A stretch of DNA of 64,000 bases from an archaeon (GCA_038046625.1 JBBSVV010000003.1:8993-72992); one strand, 5' to 3'; shown: positions 1 to 9,081, counted from the stretch's first letter. The notes: generated from the sequence alone by a model not told the origin. A program made the numbers and translations.

Positions 1-1353
1 TCCGTTTTCCTCTATTTTTCCCTTTCTTACTCCTACAACGTATTTTGCGCCGGCTTTTTCGGCCGCGTCGAAGAGCCTCTTGGTTATTACTCCGTCAAAG
101 ATTATTGAGTGGGCGTTCTTTATTTTCGCCATTTCCTCGACAAGGTTTTTTACCTCGACTTCCTTGACTTGTTTGTTCTTGTCGTCGAGAATTCTTGCCT
201 TCATTGTTCCCTTGAGCTCGTCAAGTATGGGCCTGTAAACCGACTCTTCGTTCTGTGAGAGCGCTGGCCTTGCGGGGAATTCCTGTATAGGTTCCCTGGG
301 CGCAATTGTTTCGCGCGGCACGAATTCCCTTCTTTCGCGCCTGTCAGGCCTCATGCCGTTGTCGCGGTTGCCCCACCTGCTTGTTGGCCGTGGGTCCCTG
401 TCTCCGTGATCGCGCATCCCTCCCCCGAAGCTTCTTTGGCCGAAGCTTCTTTCCCTGAAGCCGCGTTCGCGGAACGGCCTTTCCTGGAATGTCCTTTCGC
501 GGAATTCCCCTCCTCCGGGAAATTTCCTTTCCGAGAGCTCTTCCTCCGCGGGAACCCTTTTTTTGAGGCTCTGGAGAATTTCTTTTCTCGTGAGTTCCTC
601 GACTTCTTTTCCATCGGGCGCTTTTGCAATGTATGCTATGCGCGCGAGCTGTGCGAGTTTCCTCGCGTTCAGGATCCCTCCTCGGTCGCCGTCAACGAAT
701 GCGGTTATGCTTTTCTTTTTTCCGAGTTCGCTTATTGTGCTTGAGATGTTGGAGCCGTTCATTCCTATTACGTTCTTTATCTGGTTCCTCAGCATGTTCA
801 AAACATCTGCGCGGCCTTCAACAACAATTATTTCTTCGCTTATTTCTATGTCGGGGCCCGCGGGCAGTTTGTCCGGGCCGTACTCGGTTATTTCGGCTGC
901 GCGGACGTTTTCGCGTATCTCGTCCCTCAGGGTTTGTGTTTCGGGGCTTGATTTGTCCATCATTTTTTTGAGCAGTTCTTTTGCGCGGTCCTTTATTTCC
1001 TGCCTTTTCGAGGTTCTCGTATCATCAATGTCATCTATCTCGAACTTTGCCTGGCAGGGCCCAACCTTGTCCACGCTTTCAATGCTTGCCGCGAGCAGGC
1101 TCGTTTCCGCCATGTCCATTGAGCTCGGCACCAAAACCTCGCCCTTTGTTCTTCCCATTGCGGTTGTGTGGTTTATTTCTATGCGCCCGATTTTTCCGTT
1201 CTTCTGGAGCTCCTTCAAATCCATTTCGTCTCCCAAGAGGCCTTCGCTTTGCCCGAAAATCGCGCCAATAATATCCGGCTTGTCAACTATGCCGTCTATT
1301 TCGAATTTCATTTTTATCATGTATTTGACCGTGTTTATGTAGGTCTTCGCCAT
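1..1353 (-). CDS. dnaG: Archaeal DnaG (primase-like, exosome-associated), runs off the window edge
   Basis: Manual translation MAKTYINTVKYMIKMKFEIDGIVDKPDIIGAIFGQSEGLLG matches the archaeal DnaG N-terminus; TOPRIM region followed by APDGKEVEEL; absent from the ORF track because it is truncated. Confidence 0.93.
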   Translation of the reverse strand, partial: MAKTYINTVKYMIKMKFEIDGIVDKPDIIGAIFGQSEGLLGDEMDLKELQKNGKIGRIEINHTTAMGRTKGEVLVPSSMDMAETSLLAASIESVDKVGPCQAKFEIDDIDDTRTSKRQEIKDRAKELLKKMMDKSSPETQTLRDEIRENVRAAEITEYGPDKLPAGPDIEISEEIIVVEGRADVLNMLRNQIKNVIGMNGSNISSTISELGKKKSITAFVDGDRGGILNARKLAQLARIAYIAKAPDGKEVEELTRKEILQSLKKRVPAEEELSERKFPGGGEFRERTFQERPFRERGFRERSFGQRSFGGGMRDHGDRDPRPTSRWGNRDNGMRPDRRERREFVPRETIAPREPIQEFPARPALSQNEESVYRPILDELKGTMKARILDDKNKQVKEVEVKNLVEEMAKIKNAHSIIFDGVITKRLFDAAEKAGAKYVVGVRKGKIEENG

Positions 1354-1402
1354 TTTCCAATCAACTCCTTTTCCATGGCTATTTTGTTTTTTTTCGCGAG
1401 AA

Positions 1403-1717
1403 TTAGTTTTTCGGAAGCTTTTCTCTTTTGAGGAACTTGAGAACAAGGTTTTTTTCCGCTCCTTTGAGGAGCAGTTTTTTCCTTCGGCTTTTTTCGCCGC
1501 TTTTAATTTCAACTCCGCATCCAAGCCTTTTTTTGAGCTCTTTCACGAGCCCTTTGTTGGCTTGGCCTTTGAGTGCCTTTTCCTTAACCTTGATTCTCAA
1601 TGCGTTCGTCCAGGGGTTAAAGCCCAGAATTGCGAACTGTTTTGAATTCGGAATCACTTCCAATTCAATTTCAACATCATTGTTTTCTGCAACTGATTTA
1701 AGGTTCGTCAAAACCAA
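1403..1717 (-). CDS. DUF167/UPF0235 (YggU-like) protein
   Basis: VIPNSK...LRIKVKEKALKGQANKGLVKEL...IKSGEKSRRK pattern; start uncertain. Confidence 0.85.
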   Translation of the reverse strand: MVLTNLKSVAENNDVEIELEVIPNSKQFAILGFNPWTNALRIKVKEKALKGQANKGLVKELKKRLGCGVEIKSGEKSRRKKLLLKGAEKNLVLKFLKREKLPKN

Positions 1718-1895
1718 TTAAACCTCAAATTCCCCAAAAGGACTCGGGCTTCCAAAGCCGCCAATCCTCATAGCAAAACAATAAACTATATACATAAAGC
1801 TCGGTTATGGGTATATTAATGTTAGGGTTCCGTTTGCCCCTTGGTGCTTTGGCACGGATTATATATTCCTCCCAGCCCCTTTTTATTGTACACAC

Positions 1896-2300
1896 ATGGC
1901 TCACTACAACAAGGGCGCTTCGGCGGAGCGCGAGCTCATAAAGCTTCTCTGGAATCTTGGTTTCGTGGCTGCGCGGGTCGCGGGTTCCGGAAAGAACGCC
2001 TTGCCCATGCCTGATTTAATCGCCTTGGGGAAAGGAAAGAGCTTCATTTTTGAGTGCAAGGCATGGCGCGGGAACTATTTGAACATTTCCGCGGAGCAGA
2101 TGGCCGAGCTCCAAAAATGGGGCGAGGTTTCCGGTGCACAGGCTTTCATCGGCTGGAAGTACCCGAACAAGGGCTGGTTTTTCGTGAAGCCGGAGCACTT
2201 CAGGAAGAGCAAGCATTACAACATTTCGATTGCGACAACAATGAAGGTCGGCATTCCATTGGAAGTTGTTGTGGGCGAGCAGCGGCAATTAAAGGTTTAA
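1896..2300 (+). CDS. hjc: Holliday junction resolvase Hjc
   Basis: KGASAEREL, RVAGSG, PDLIA, FECK (PD-(D/E)xK motif). Confidence 0.93.
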   Translation: MAHYNKGASAERELIKLLWNLGFVAARVAGSGKNALPMPDLIALGKGKSFIFECKAWRGNYLNISAEQMAELQKWGEVSGAQAFIGWKYPNKGWFFVKPEHFRKSKHYNISIATTMKVGIPLEVVVGEQRQLKV

Positions 2301-2325
2301 AAAGCCGTCATTGCTTATTTCTTTT

Positions 2326-2451
2326 ATGATTGAGCTTGCCCTGGTTTTGCAGGAGCTTGAGAAGCTTTATGCGAAGGAGAAGAGCCTGCGCAAAAAGAAT
2401 TTCCTTGAAAGCGCGATAACGAACATTAAGGAGTATGAGAAACTTCTCTGA
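2326..2451 (+). CDS. Small hypothetical protein (41 aa)
   Basis: Manual ORF MIELALVLQELEKLYAKEKSLRKKNFLESAITNIKEYEKLL fills the intergenic gap. Confidence 0.5.
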   Translation: MIELALVLQELEKLYAKEKSLRKKNFLESAITNIKEYEKLL

Positions 2452-2470
2452 TTTTTAGGAATTTCCGCGC

Positions 2471-3124
2471 TTAAATCACGGTTGCCACGAACAACATCGT
2501 CACTGAAATCAGCCCCATGATGACCATGAGTATGAGGTTGTCTATTGTGAGTGCCTTGTCGAAGTTCTGGTAAAAGAAGTATAGTACTCCCAGGCCGAAC
2601 ACCAGTCCAAGTATCCACATTGCGTTGCTGATGAGCCCGTTTCTTCCGCCGACTCCTTTCATGTGTGCCTCGTCCATGTCCACCTGCACCTGCCTTACTG
2701 CCTCGCCGAGCTCGTTCAGTTTCACCTTCACCCGTTCGTTGAGGTCATTCACTTTCGCTATGTTGTCGCCGATTTGTTCCTGAAAGGTTTTGCTTTGCCC
2801 CGTAATGTCCCGCTCGTATTGCTTCAAATCGCTTATCACTGCCTTTGTGAGTTCTGTTCTGGATTCATGTGCGCTTGTTACGGCTTCCTCCTCAATGAAT
2901 TTTTTGAGCGTGGGTTTTTGCGTTTCCAATTCGGCCTGCACGATTTTTTTTATTTCGCCGCGCAGCAATGCAAAAGTGTCCGCCTGTCCGAGAAGCAAAA
3001 GCCTTTTTGCCTTGTCCTGTGAAACCCCGAGGTCTTTCAGGGTTTGCACTATTTTTTCTTCGCTTTCGCCTTCGCGAACCATTTTCTCTATTATCTCTAT
3101 TATGCTTGTGTCCGTTTTCGCCAT
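2471..3124 (-). CDS. Coiled-coil protein with two C-terminal TM helices
   Basis: Start MAKTDTS after a GAGGTG RBS; the upstream in-frame extension runs through a repeat element. Confidence 0.75.
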   Translation of the reverse strand: MAKTDTSIIEIIEKMVREGESEEKIVQTLKDLGVSQDKAKRLLLLGQADTFALLRGEIKKIVQAELETQKPTLKKFIEEEAVTSAHESRTELTKAVISDLKQYERDITGQSKTFQEQIGDNIAKVNDLNERVKVKLNELGEAVRQVQVDMDEAHMKGVGGRNGLISNAMWILGLVFGLGVLYFFYQNFDKALTIDNLILMVIMGLISVTMLFVATVI

Positions 3125-3137
3125 TTTTACTGCACCT

Positions 3138-3204
3138 CGCCGTTTTCGACCGGCGGTACCGATTGCCCCGCCTTCGGCGGGACTTGGCTCGCTTTGCTCG
3201 CAAT
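3138..3204 (+). repeat. Two-hairpin dispersed element, copy E1
   Basis: cgccgt-tttcga-ccggcg, gtaccg, then attgc...tc-gc-ttt-gc-tc-gcaat. Confidence 0.7.
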
Positions 3205-3215
3205 ATAGTTGCTCA

Positions 3216-3878
3216 TCATTGCACCGTAACCGTTTGCTGGAACTGGTCCACATTATTTTCCGTGTTTAGGTTAAAATAGATTGTGGTGCCGCCTTTTTGT
3301 ATCGGTATGAGCGAGTAGTCTATCTGCTTGCATTCAACAGCCTTGAGCGTTATCGTGTCTGTTTTGTTCGGCTCGGAAAAGAATCCTTTTTCGTGGTTTT
3401 CCGCTATTTTCACCTGCTTTTCCGTTGCGGTGTTGTTGCATGCTTCCACGCTGAACGCAAAGCTCTTGCCGAAGAGTATGTCGCTTGGAAAGCTCATTGT
3501 CAGGGTTATTTCCTGCTTTGCCCTTAGTACAACGAGCTTTTCGATTGTCGAGTGGAAAGGGCTCTGCACAATTATTGTTGCCTGGTTCGCGCTTATAGAG
3601 CCGGTGTAAATGCGTTGCTCCTCGTTGGGCGCAAGTGAAGCAAACATGTTCAGGTCTTTCGGTTCGCCTTCTTCCTCGCGGTATTTCACGGTTACGTTGT
3701 TGATTTGCCTGTCGGTGGTGTTTTTCAGGTAAATTTCCTTTTGGCCGTTTTCCTCGTTGAATTTTTCCTCGATTGCGAGGCCAGTGTTGAACAAAAAAAG
3801 GTATATGAGCATTATTCCGAATAATGCGTAAACCGCCAGGAAGAAGAATTTCGCTTTTTTCGCTTTTTCCGGCATCAT
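3216..3878 (-). CDS. Membrane-anchored hypothetical protein with Ig/CARDB-like extracellular part
   Basis: N-terminal TM helix, beta-rich remainder with several NxT sequons. Confidence 0.7.
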   Translation of the reverse strand: MMPEKAKKAKFFFLAVYALFGIMLIYLFLFNTGLAIEEKFNEENGQKEIYLKNTTDRQINNVTVKYREEEGEPKDLNMFASLAPNEEQRIYTGSISANQATIIVQSPFHSTIEKLVVLRAKQEITLTMSFPSDILFGKSFAFSVEACNNTATEKQVKIAENHEKGFFSEPNKTDTITLKAVECKQIDYSLIPIQKGGTTIYFNLNTENNVDQFQQTVTVQ

Positions 3879-3933
3879 TGTTTTGCATCCCTCATTTTTG
3901 CGTTTCCGTTCCATAACTTGTTTTTTGTTTATT

Positions 3934-4686
3934 TTAAGTGTTTTGTTTTCTTCTCAAGATTCCGCGCTGGAAATCCGTTATGAGTATCATTGCTGCCGCG
4001 TTCGTGTCGGGTGCGCCGTGCTTGCGGAGCTTTTTGCGTGCGAACGCGATTTTTTCGAGCAGCTCTTCCCCGTCTTTTGCGGTTACCCCGTAGGTGTCGA
4101 GTATTTCCTCTTTTTTTGTTTCAAGCAGCACATCCGCGACATCTATGCCTGTTTCCTCGAGGTTCTTGAGCTGCTGCGCGTTTTTTGCGCAGAGCAGCGC
4201 AATGAGCGTTTCATCGTGCTCGTTGAACGGTATTACTCCCGGAGAGTCAATGAGCATTGTTTGTTTGTTGATTCTCACAAATTGTACGCCTCTTGTGAAT
4301 CCGGCTGTGGGCGAGGTTCTCGCGCTTTTCCTTCCTGAGAGTGCGTTGATGATGCTGCTTTTTCCCGTGTTGGGATAACCAACTACGGCTATCTTGGTTT
4401 CGCCGGAACCGCTGAGTTTTCCAAGGGCTTCCTTGAGCCTCATTATGCCTTTCCTGTTTTTTGCGGAAACAAAAATGCTTCCCGGGAGCATGCTTTTTTC
4501 CTTTTTCATTGTGTTCAGGCTTGTGAGATCAGATTTGTTTATTACGCGGAGCAGCTTTTTTCCCTTTTCTTCAACGAGCCTTTCAAGGTGGATGTTGATG
4601 CTTTTCTGGGGGAAGCGCGCATCCAGGACCTCAATTATAATGTCCGCTTCCTTGACAAGATTTTTCACGATTTCAGAGTAGTTCAT
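3934..4686 (-). CDS. Circularly permuted GTPase, RbgA/YlqF family
   Basis: EVLDARFP, INKSDL, VSAK, GYPNTGKSS, DSPG in G4-G5-G1-G3 order. Confidence 0.92.
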   Translation of the reverse strand: MNYSEIVKNLVKEADIIIEVLDARFPQKSINIHLERLVEEKGKKLLRVINKSDLTSLNTMKKEKSMLPGSIFVSAKNRKGIMRLKEALGKLSGSGETKIAVVGYPNTGKSSIINALSGRKSARTSPTAGFTRGVQFVRINKQTMLIDSPGVIPFNEHDETLIALLCAKNAQQLKNLEETGIDVADVLLETKKEEILDTYGVTAKDGEELLEKIAFARKKLRKHGAPDTNAAAMILITDFQRGILRRKQNT

Positions 4687-4699
4687 CCGCAGGTCACTA

Positions 4700-4762
4700 C
4701 AACAAGAAATTTTGTCCGGTACTGGGCAAGGTCGAATGCATTGTGCTCGCTCCGCCCGCATT
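4700..4762 (+). repeat. Two-hairpin dispersed element, degenerate copy E2
   Basis: Starts caacaag; second stem aatgc...tc-gc-tcc-gc-cc-gcatt. Confidence 0.5.
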
Positions 4763-4768
4763 TTGAGT

Positions 4769-4999
4769 TCATTTAATTGCCCCCTTGATTATGTGTGCCG
4801 CGGCATTGAATAAGTATATGCCGCCGAGGATTATTATTGCGAACACAGCAACCACGCCTATTGGGTTTGCTTCGGAAAACAACCCGTTTTTGAGGAATGA
4901 GTTCTGCATCACGCCGTACAGCGCGAGGAGAATCATGCTTCCGAGAAGTGCGAGCAGCGCTATTGAAACCAAACTTATCTTTTTTGCCTGTTCAAGCAT
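4769..4999 (-). CDS. Small two-TM membrane protein
   Basis: Two hydrophobic helices; sits in an operon downstream of pth2. Confidence 0.7.
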   Translation of the reverse strand: MLEQAKKISLVSIALLALLGSMILLALYGVMQNSFLKNGLFSEANPIGVVAVFAIIILGGIYLFNAAAHIIKGAIK

Positions 5000-5004
5000 G
5001 TTCT

Positions 5005-5355
5005 CTAAAGCAATTTCAGGTCTTTCGTGAATTTATTGATTTCTGCTTCGGGAACAGGCCCTATTGCTATCGCGGTCGGCTCGCCAGCCTCGATTTGTGT
5101 CCTTCCAGCGTCCTTAATCAGTGCCGTGGGGAAGAGCTTTTTGAGTTTCTCGAACATTTCCAATAATTCCTTTTTGGAGTTGACTTTGAGCACAATTTTT
5201 GCCTGCCCGCTTTCCTTCCATTCCTCGACCCACTTTGGTTTTTCGCGCATGGTTTTTTCGTATGCCCCGAGCGAAGCATGTGAGCTCTGTGCGGCAATCT
5301 TCCCTGCGGACATGTTCAGGTCCTTTCGCACGATTATTACCTGCTTATAGTCCAT
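5005..5355 (-). CDS. pth2: Peptidyl-tRNA hydrolase Pth2
   Basis: KQVIIVRKDLNMSAGKIAAQSSHA, GQAKIVLK, IKDAGRTQI, IGP. Confidence 0.96.
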   Translation of the reverse strand: MDYKQVIIVRKDLNMSAGKIAAQSSHASLGAYEKTMREKPKWVEEWKESGQAKIVLKVNSKKELLEMFEKLKKLFPTALIKDAGRTQIEAGEPTAIAIGPVPEAEINKFTKDLKLL

Positions 5356-5433
5356 TCAGAATTCAACGCAAACAAAGAATATATACGTTAGCGTTGAAGG
5401 TATTGGAAAATAGGGTTGTGCTAGTTTTTTTGC

Positions 5434-5790
5434 CTATTGTGCAGAAATTATTTGGTTTATTGTGGTTATGAGTGATTCTAGTTTTGCTTTTTTTATTTTG
5501 CCTATTTTCTTTACGACAAGGGTCTTTTCTATTTTCAGGATGTTTTCGGCTTTTATGCAGCATTTGGAGTATAACTTCCCTTCTTCCAAGTCGGCGTTTA
5601 AAAGGCTTAGCGTATATTTTCCCCTGGAAATGTTTGATGTGATGCCTGCAACAAGGATGTCCTCTGAATGCCCGTTAAAATCCTCGTTGCTTATAACCGT
5701 GACCGGCCTCACCTTGTTTCCGGACTGGTTCGAGAACGGAAACGGCACAAGCAGTAAGTCCCTCTGCATTATCAAAGGTACCGGCTCCAT
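5434..5790 (-). CDS. PemK/MazF family toxin
   Basis: DLLLVPFPFS...KVRPVTVIS...VAGITS; overlaps the upstream antitoxin. Confidence 0.9.
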   Translation of the reverse strand: MEPVPLIMQRDLLLVPFPFSNQSGNKVRPVTVISNEDFNGHSEDILVAGITSNISRGKYTLSLLNADLEEGKLYSKCCIKAENILKIEKTLVVKKIGKIKKAKLESLITTINQIISAQ

Positions 5791-5999
5791 TCTTTATTGT
5801 CCTTTTTGTTATTCCAGATTTTTTCCATGGATTTCTCCGCCATTACCATCCATCCGATTTTTTCCATGCGGTTTCTCTCGAGCTTCTCCATTATCAGGTT
5901 CCTGATGAATTCTGACTTGGACAGGTAATTCTTTTTTTTGATGAAATCCTCGAGTTCTGAGGCTTCATCTTCATGAAGTTTCACAGTTATAGTTTTCAT
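5772..5999 (-). CDS. Ribbon-helix-helix antitoxin
   Basis: MKTITVKL...YLSKSEFIR RHH pattern; acidic/Trp C-terminus (KIWNNKKDNKEW). Confidence 0.85.
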   Translation of the reverse strand: MKTITVKLHEDEASELEDFIKKKNYLSKSEFIRNLIMEKLERNRMEKIGWMVMAEKSMEKIWNNKKDNKEWSRYL

Positions 6000-6029
6000 A
6001 GTAATCTTTGGGGATTACTTATTTAAATA
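6000..6029 (-). promoter_or_regulatory. TA promoter: TATA box plus palindromic operator
   Basis: tatttaaata at 6020-6029; inverted repeat agtaatc-N6-gattact at 6000-6019, directly before the antitoxin ATG. Confidence 0.7.
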
Positions 6030-6041
6030 GCTTTCTAAACT

Positions 6042-6119
6042 CTATTGCTGGTGCGGCGCGATTTTTCCCTTGCCCATTCCGAGGTCGGTGCGCACAATGA
6101 TTACTTGCTTGTAGTCCAT
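6042..6119 (-). pseudogene. Orphan 5' fragment of pth2
   Basis: Translates MDYKQVIIVRTDLGMGKGKIA, then PHQQ-stop; first 10 residues identical to the intact Pth2. Confidence 0.9.
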
Positions 6120-6173
6120 GCAAAAGAATTGCCTGAATGTGAATTTAAGGTTTTGCAGAGCGTAAGCTTCGGA

Positions 6174-6884
6174 TTATTCCAGTTTCCAGTAAATCCTTCT
6201 GTTCTCCGCGCCTTTGTTCTTGAATCCCGTGATTTTGAGTTTCCCGATTTCTTTTGTGTTGTGCACGTGCGTTCCGCCGTCCGCCTGCACGTCAAGAGTT
6301 CCTATTGAAACTATTCTCAGGGTTGGAATGTTTTTCGGCAGAACGTCCTTGAGCCTGAATAATTCAGGGCGCTGCAGCGCCTTTTCGCGTTCCTCATACG
6401 CAAGGGTAATTTCAAGGCTTTTCTGTATCGCTTCATTCGCTTTGTGCTCGAACGTTTTCAATAATTCGCGGTCGAATTCAGGCACGTTGAAATCCATTCT
6501 TGATTCTTCTTCGCCGAGCTGGTTTCCCGTGATGAGTGCGCCGATTTCCCTGTTGATTACAGCCGCCAAAATGTGCGCGGAAGTGTGCATGCGCATGTAC
6601 CTATATCTTTTCTCCCAATCAAGGATGCATTTCACTTTGTCGCCTTCTTTCAATCCGTGCTCCGAAACCTCATGGGAAATTTCTTCGGGGAACTGCTTCG
6701 CAAAAACCATTTCGTATTCCTTTGCGTTGCTGAAGGTTATTTTTCCGGTATCCGAGGGCTGTCCCCCGCCCTGCGGATAGAAAATTGTTTTGTCTAGAAC
6801 AACGAATTTTCCGTCGGTTACTTTGAGCACGGTTGCATCGCATTCTTTCGAGTAGGAATCGTCGAGGTAAATTTTTTGCGTCAT
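6174..6884 (-). CDS. alaX: Alanyl-tRNA editing protein AlaX
   Basis: TIFYPQGGGQPSDTG, MRMHTSAHIL, ADGGTHV. Confidence 0.93.
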   Translation of the reverse strand: MTQKIYLDDSYSKECDATVLKVTDGKFVVLDKTIFYPQGGGQPSDTGKITFSNAKEYEMVFAKQFPEEISHEVSEHGLKEGDKVKCILDWEKRYRYMRMHTSAHILAAVINREIGALITGNQLGEEESRMDFNVPEFDRELLKTFEHKANEAIQKSLEITLAYEEREKALQRPELFRLKDVLPKNIPTLRIVSIGTLDVQADGGTHVHNTKEIGKLKITGFKNKGAENRRIYWKLE

Positions 6885-7327
6885 TTTTTTCTCCTGCGTG
6901 TTATTAGTTTAGGTGCTGGCGGTGTGGGCCCAGGCTTTGTTGGAGGCTTTGGGATTTCCTTTTTCAAATGATTTGTTGTTCTGAGGTACATTTGCCTGAG
7001 TGCGGGATTATATCCCCATTTGTTGATTATTAGCAAAAACTTGTTTGCTATTAGTGGTTTGAGAACTTCCCGGGTTTGGTGAGTCAAGTGCCCGTTTTCA
7101 TGCAATTCCATGATTTTGCCCAGGTAGGCAAATTCGAGGCTTCGTTCCTGGCGTTCGCGGTCTGCTTCTTCTGATTCTTTGATTTTGTCGCGGAGTTCAG
7201 AGTATTTGCCGATAAGTCCCGTGAAATTCGGCACCATGCCATAATCTGTGCCATTGACTATTTGTGGTTTAACTACAGGCGTTCTTCTAAGCTCCCTGAT
7301 TTTCCTGAGGAACTCTGCCCTGTCCAT
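6881..7327 (-). CDS. Hypothetical basic protein
   Basis: ORF overlaps the alaX start; Pro/Lys/Arg-rich tail; no recognisable family. Confidence 0.6.
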   Translation of the reverse strand: MDRAEFLRKIRELRRTPVVKPQIVNGTDYGMVPNFTGLIGKYSELRDKIKESEEADRERQERSLEFAYLGKIMELHENGHLTHQTREVLKPLIANKFLLIINKWGYNPALRQMYLRTTNHLKKEIPKPPTKPGPTPPAPKLITRRRKK

Positions 7328-7369
7328 AAGAATCAGTCGTGGCGGAAAATCAGTTTAAATGAAATGCCT

Positions 7370-7768
7370 TCACTCTTCGCTTCCGTTTGTTTGTATTTCT
7401 ATTTCCCGGGCTTCCTCTTTTGCTTCGCGGGGCTCCGGCGCGGCTATCCCTTTATAGGTGATTATTTTGGTTACTCCCCTTTCACCCCAGAGGTAGGCTA
7501 TGCTTTGCTCTTCGCCCCTGGAAAGGGACAGTGTTTTTCCTTTTGCCTGGTCGTTCCCCTCTTTAAGTGTGAATAGCCTGCTGTACTCGAGCTTTGCGTT
7601 GTCCCCGGCAATGCTCAGGACCTTGAAAACGTGCTCGTGGTTCCCGTTTCCCATTACCTGGTCGAATTCCTCTTCGTTGTCCGCGGTGTAGGAAATTGTC
7701 TCTATTTTCTTTTTGAACGGGGGCCGCCAGTCCGATTCAATGGTTTTTACCTGAAAAACAGCTTTCAT
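7370..7768 (-). CDS. Hypothetical protein
   Basis: Probable start MKAVFQVK; the longer ORF extends through a repeat. Confidence 0.65.
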   Translation of the reverse strand: MKAVFQVKTIESDWRPPFKKKIETISYTADNEEEFDQVMGNGNHEHVFKVLSIAGDNAKLEYSRLFTLKEGNDQAKGKTLSLSRGEEQSIAYLWGERGVTKIITYKGIAAPEPREAKEEAREIEIQTNGSEE

Positions 7769-7823
7769 GCTATTTACTAAGTTCTTCATCGTATAAAAAA
7801 CTTTTGCTGTTTTCGCACCGGCA

Positions 7824-7877
7824 CGCCGGAAACCGCCGGCGGTACGGTGTACTATCTTCGCCTTTGGGCTCGATAGT
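7824..7877 (+). repeat. Two-hairpin dispersed element, copy E3
   Basis: cgccgg-aaaccg-ccggcg, gtacggtgt, actatc-ttc-gcc-tttg-ggc-tc-gatagt; flanked by the direct repeat cgcaccggca (7814-7823, 7886-7895). Confidence 0.85.
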
Positions 7878-7941
7878 CCATGCTCCGCACCGGCAACCAC
7901 CCCCTATATGGTTTTAAAAGCCTCGAAGATTTGCTTCTTTT

Positions 7942-9033
7942 ATGGGCATAACTTCCGTGATTGACGGCGCGGTTCAGGCAATCCATGATACTGAGAAGCG
8001 CAAGGCCCTTGTTTCTGAAAAGCTCCTGCCCCTCAAAAAAGATTCGGTTTCTTTCGAGTCGCATGAAATACCAGAGAAGCGCCTCTCGTTTCCCGTTTCC
8101 AGGTGGGTTCCGAATGGTTTGGTCGGGGGCGTTGACTCTGGCTTTGTTGCGAAGAGGCTTGCTTCGGTTGACCTGGTTTTGATCCGCGCAATGGGCGTGG
8201 TTTTCAGTTACGAGAACGGAATTGTGAAAAAAACCGATTATTTTCCAGGTTATTTCAGGTTTCCAGAGCCTCACTTGAGCAATAATGCTTTGGAGGAGGA
8301 TGAGGCCGAACAGTCAAAGTCACTGATGCGGCTTTATGAGGAAGTGAATGCCACAAAAACAATTATCAAGGAGCACAAGCCGAAGTACTGCTTCATCGAC
8401 GGCTCGATTGTGCCGCAGTACCAGGACAAGCCGCGCAAGGAATCAAAGTTAACAAAAAATTATGTTGACATAATCAAGGAGTTCGAGTCACTGTATGGGC
8501 TCGCGGAGGAAAATAACTGCACTTTGATTGCGACCGTCGAGGATTCGCGTGGCTCGAGGTTTCGCGGAATTATCCAGGATGTTGTTCTCGCGAAAGAGCC
8601 TCTTGTTGAAAAGCGCCAATTGGACGGATTGTTTGATTCCTCTTTGCTGGATTATTTTTTGTCAGTCGGCGAACGCACTTGTGCTTTCACTTACACGCAG
8701 AACATAAAGCAGCATCCCGTGCTTCACGATTTTTCCGAGTCCTGGAGCCACAGGATTTATTGCCTTTACATCAAGCCCACCCCGTTCGACAAGCCTTTGC
8801 GCGTTGAATTCATTTCGAAGGGCGATTTGAAGAAGGAGGCCGATGAGGTTGCTTCGGTTGCGTTTGCCCTGAGTTCTTTGCATCGCGAGTATGCGTATCC
8901 TTCTGTCCTGATTGAGGCGGACTTCCACGCGAAACTGAAGCAGGATGAGATTGAGATTGTTTACAACAAGATAATGGACAAGCTCGGTGCTTCCGTGAAA
9001 TTGAAGATGAGGCGCGACAACAGGCCGTTCTGA
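7942..9033 (+). CDS. nurA: DNA double-strand break repair nuclease NurA
   Basis: GGVDSG, FIDGSI, YAYPSVLIEADFHAK; lies near herA. Confidence 0.9.
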   Translation: MGITSVIDGAVQAIHDTEKRKALVSEKLLPLKKDSVSFESHEIPEKRLSFPVSRWVPNGLVGGVDSGFVAKRLASVDLVLIRAMGVVFSYENGIVKKTDYFPGYFRFPEPHLSNNALEEDEAEQSKSLMRLYEEVNATKTIIKEHKPKYCFIDGSIVPQYQDKPRKESKLTKNYVDIIKEFESLYGLAEENNCTLIATVEDSRGSRFRGIIQDVVLAKEPLVEKRQLDGLFDSSLLDYFLSVGERTCAFTYTQNIKQHPVLHDFSESWSHRIYCLYIKPTPFDKPLRVEFISKGDLKKEADEVASVAFALSSLHREYAYPSVLIEADFHAKLKQDEIEIVYNKIMDKLGASVKLKMRRDNRPF

Positions 9034-9034
9034 G

Positions 9035-9081
9035 GTAAGAAATATATAGTAAAAAGTAAGAAATGTGTATGGTGATGTAAG
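9035..9081 (+). promoter_or_regulatory. Putative vapBC promoter/operator
   Basis: gtaagaaat repeated at 9035 and 9056 around a TATATA box; GGTGA RBS. Confidence 0.5.

Noticed and set aside
563..1342. 259-aa plus-strand ORF and many similar antisense ORFs (e.g. 16226-16990, 45335-46207, 54908-55678)
   Set aside because: Shadows of real genes on the opposite strand, with Ser/Phe-rich composition and no motifs
7824..7877. Hairpin elements as known self-cleaving ribozymes or simple terminators
   Set aside because: No hammerhead, HDV or twister core recognised; no consistent U-tract, and orientation is independent of the flanking genes
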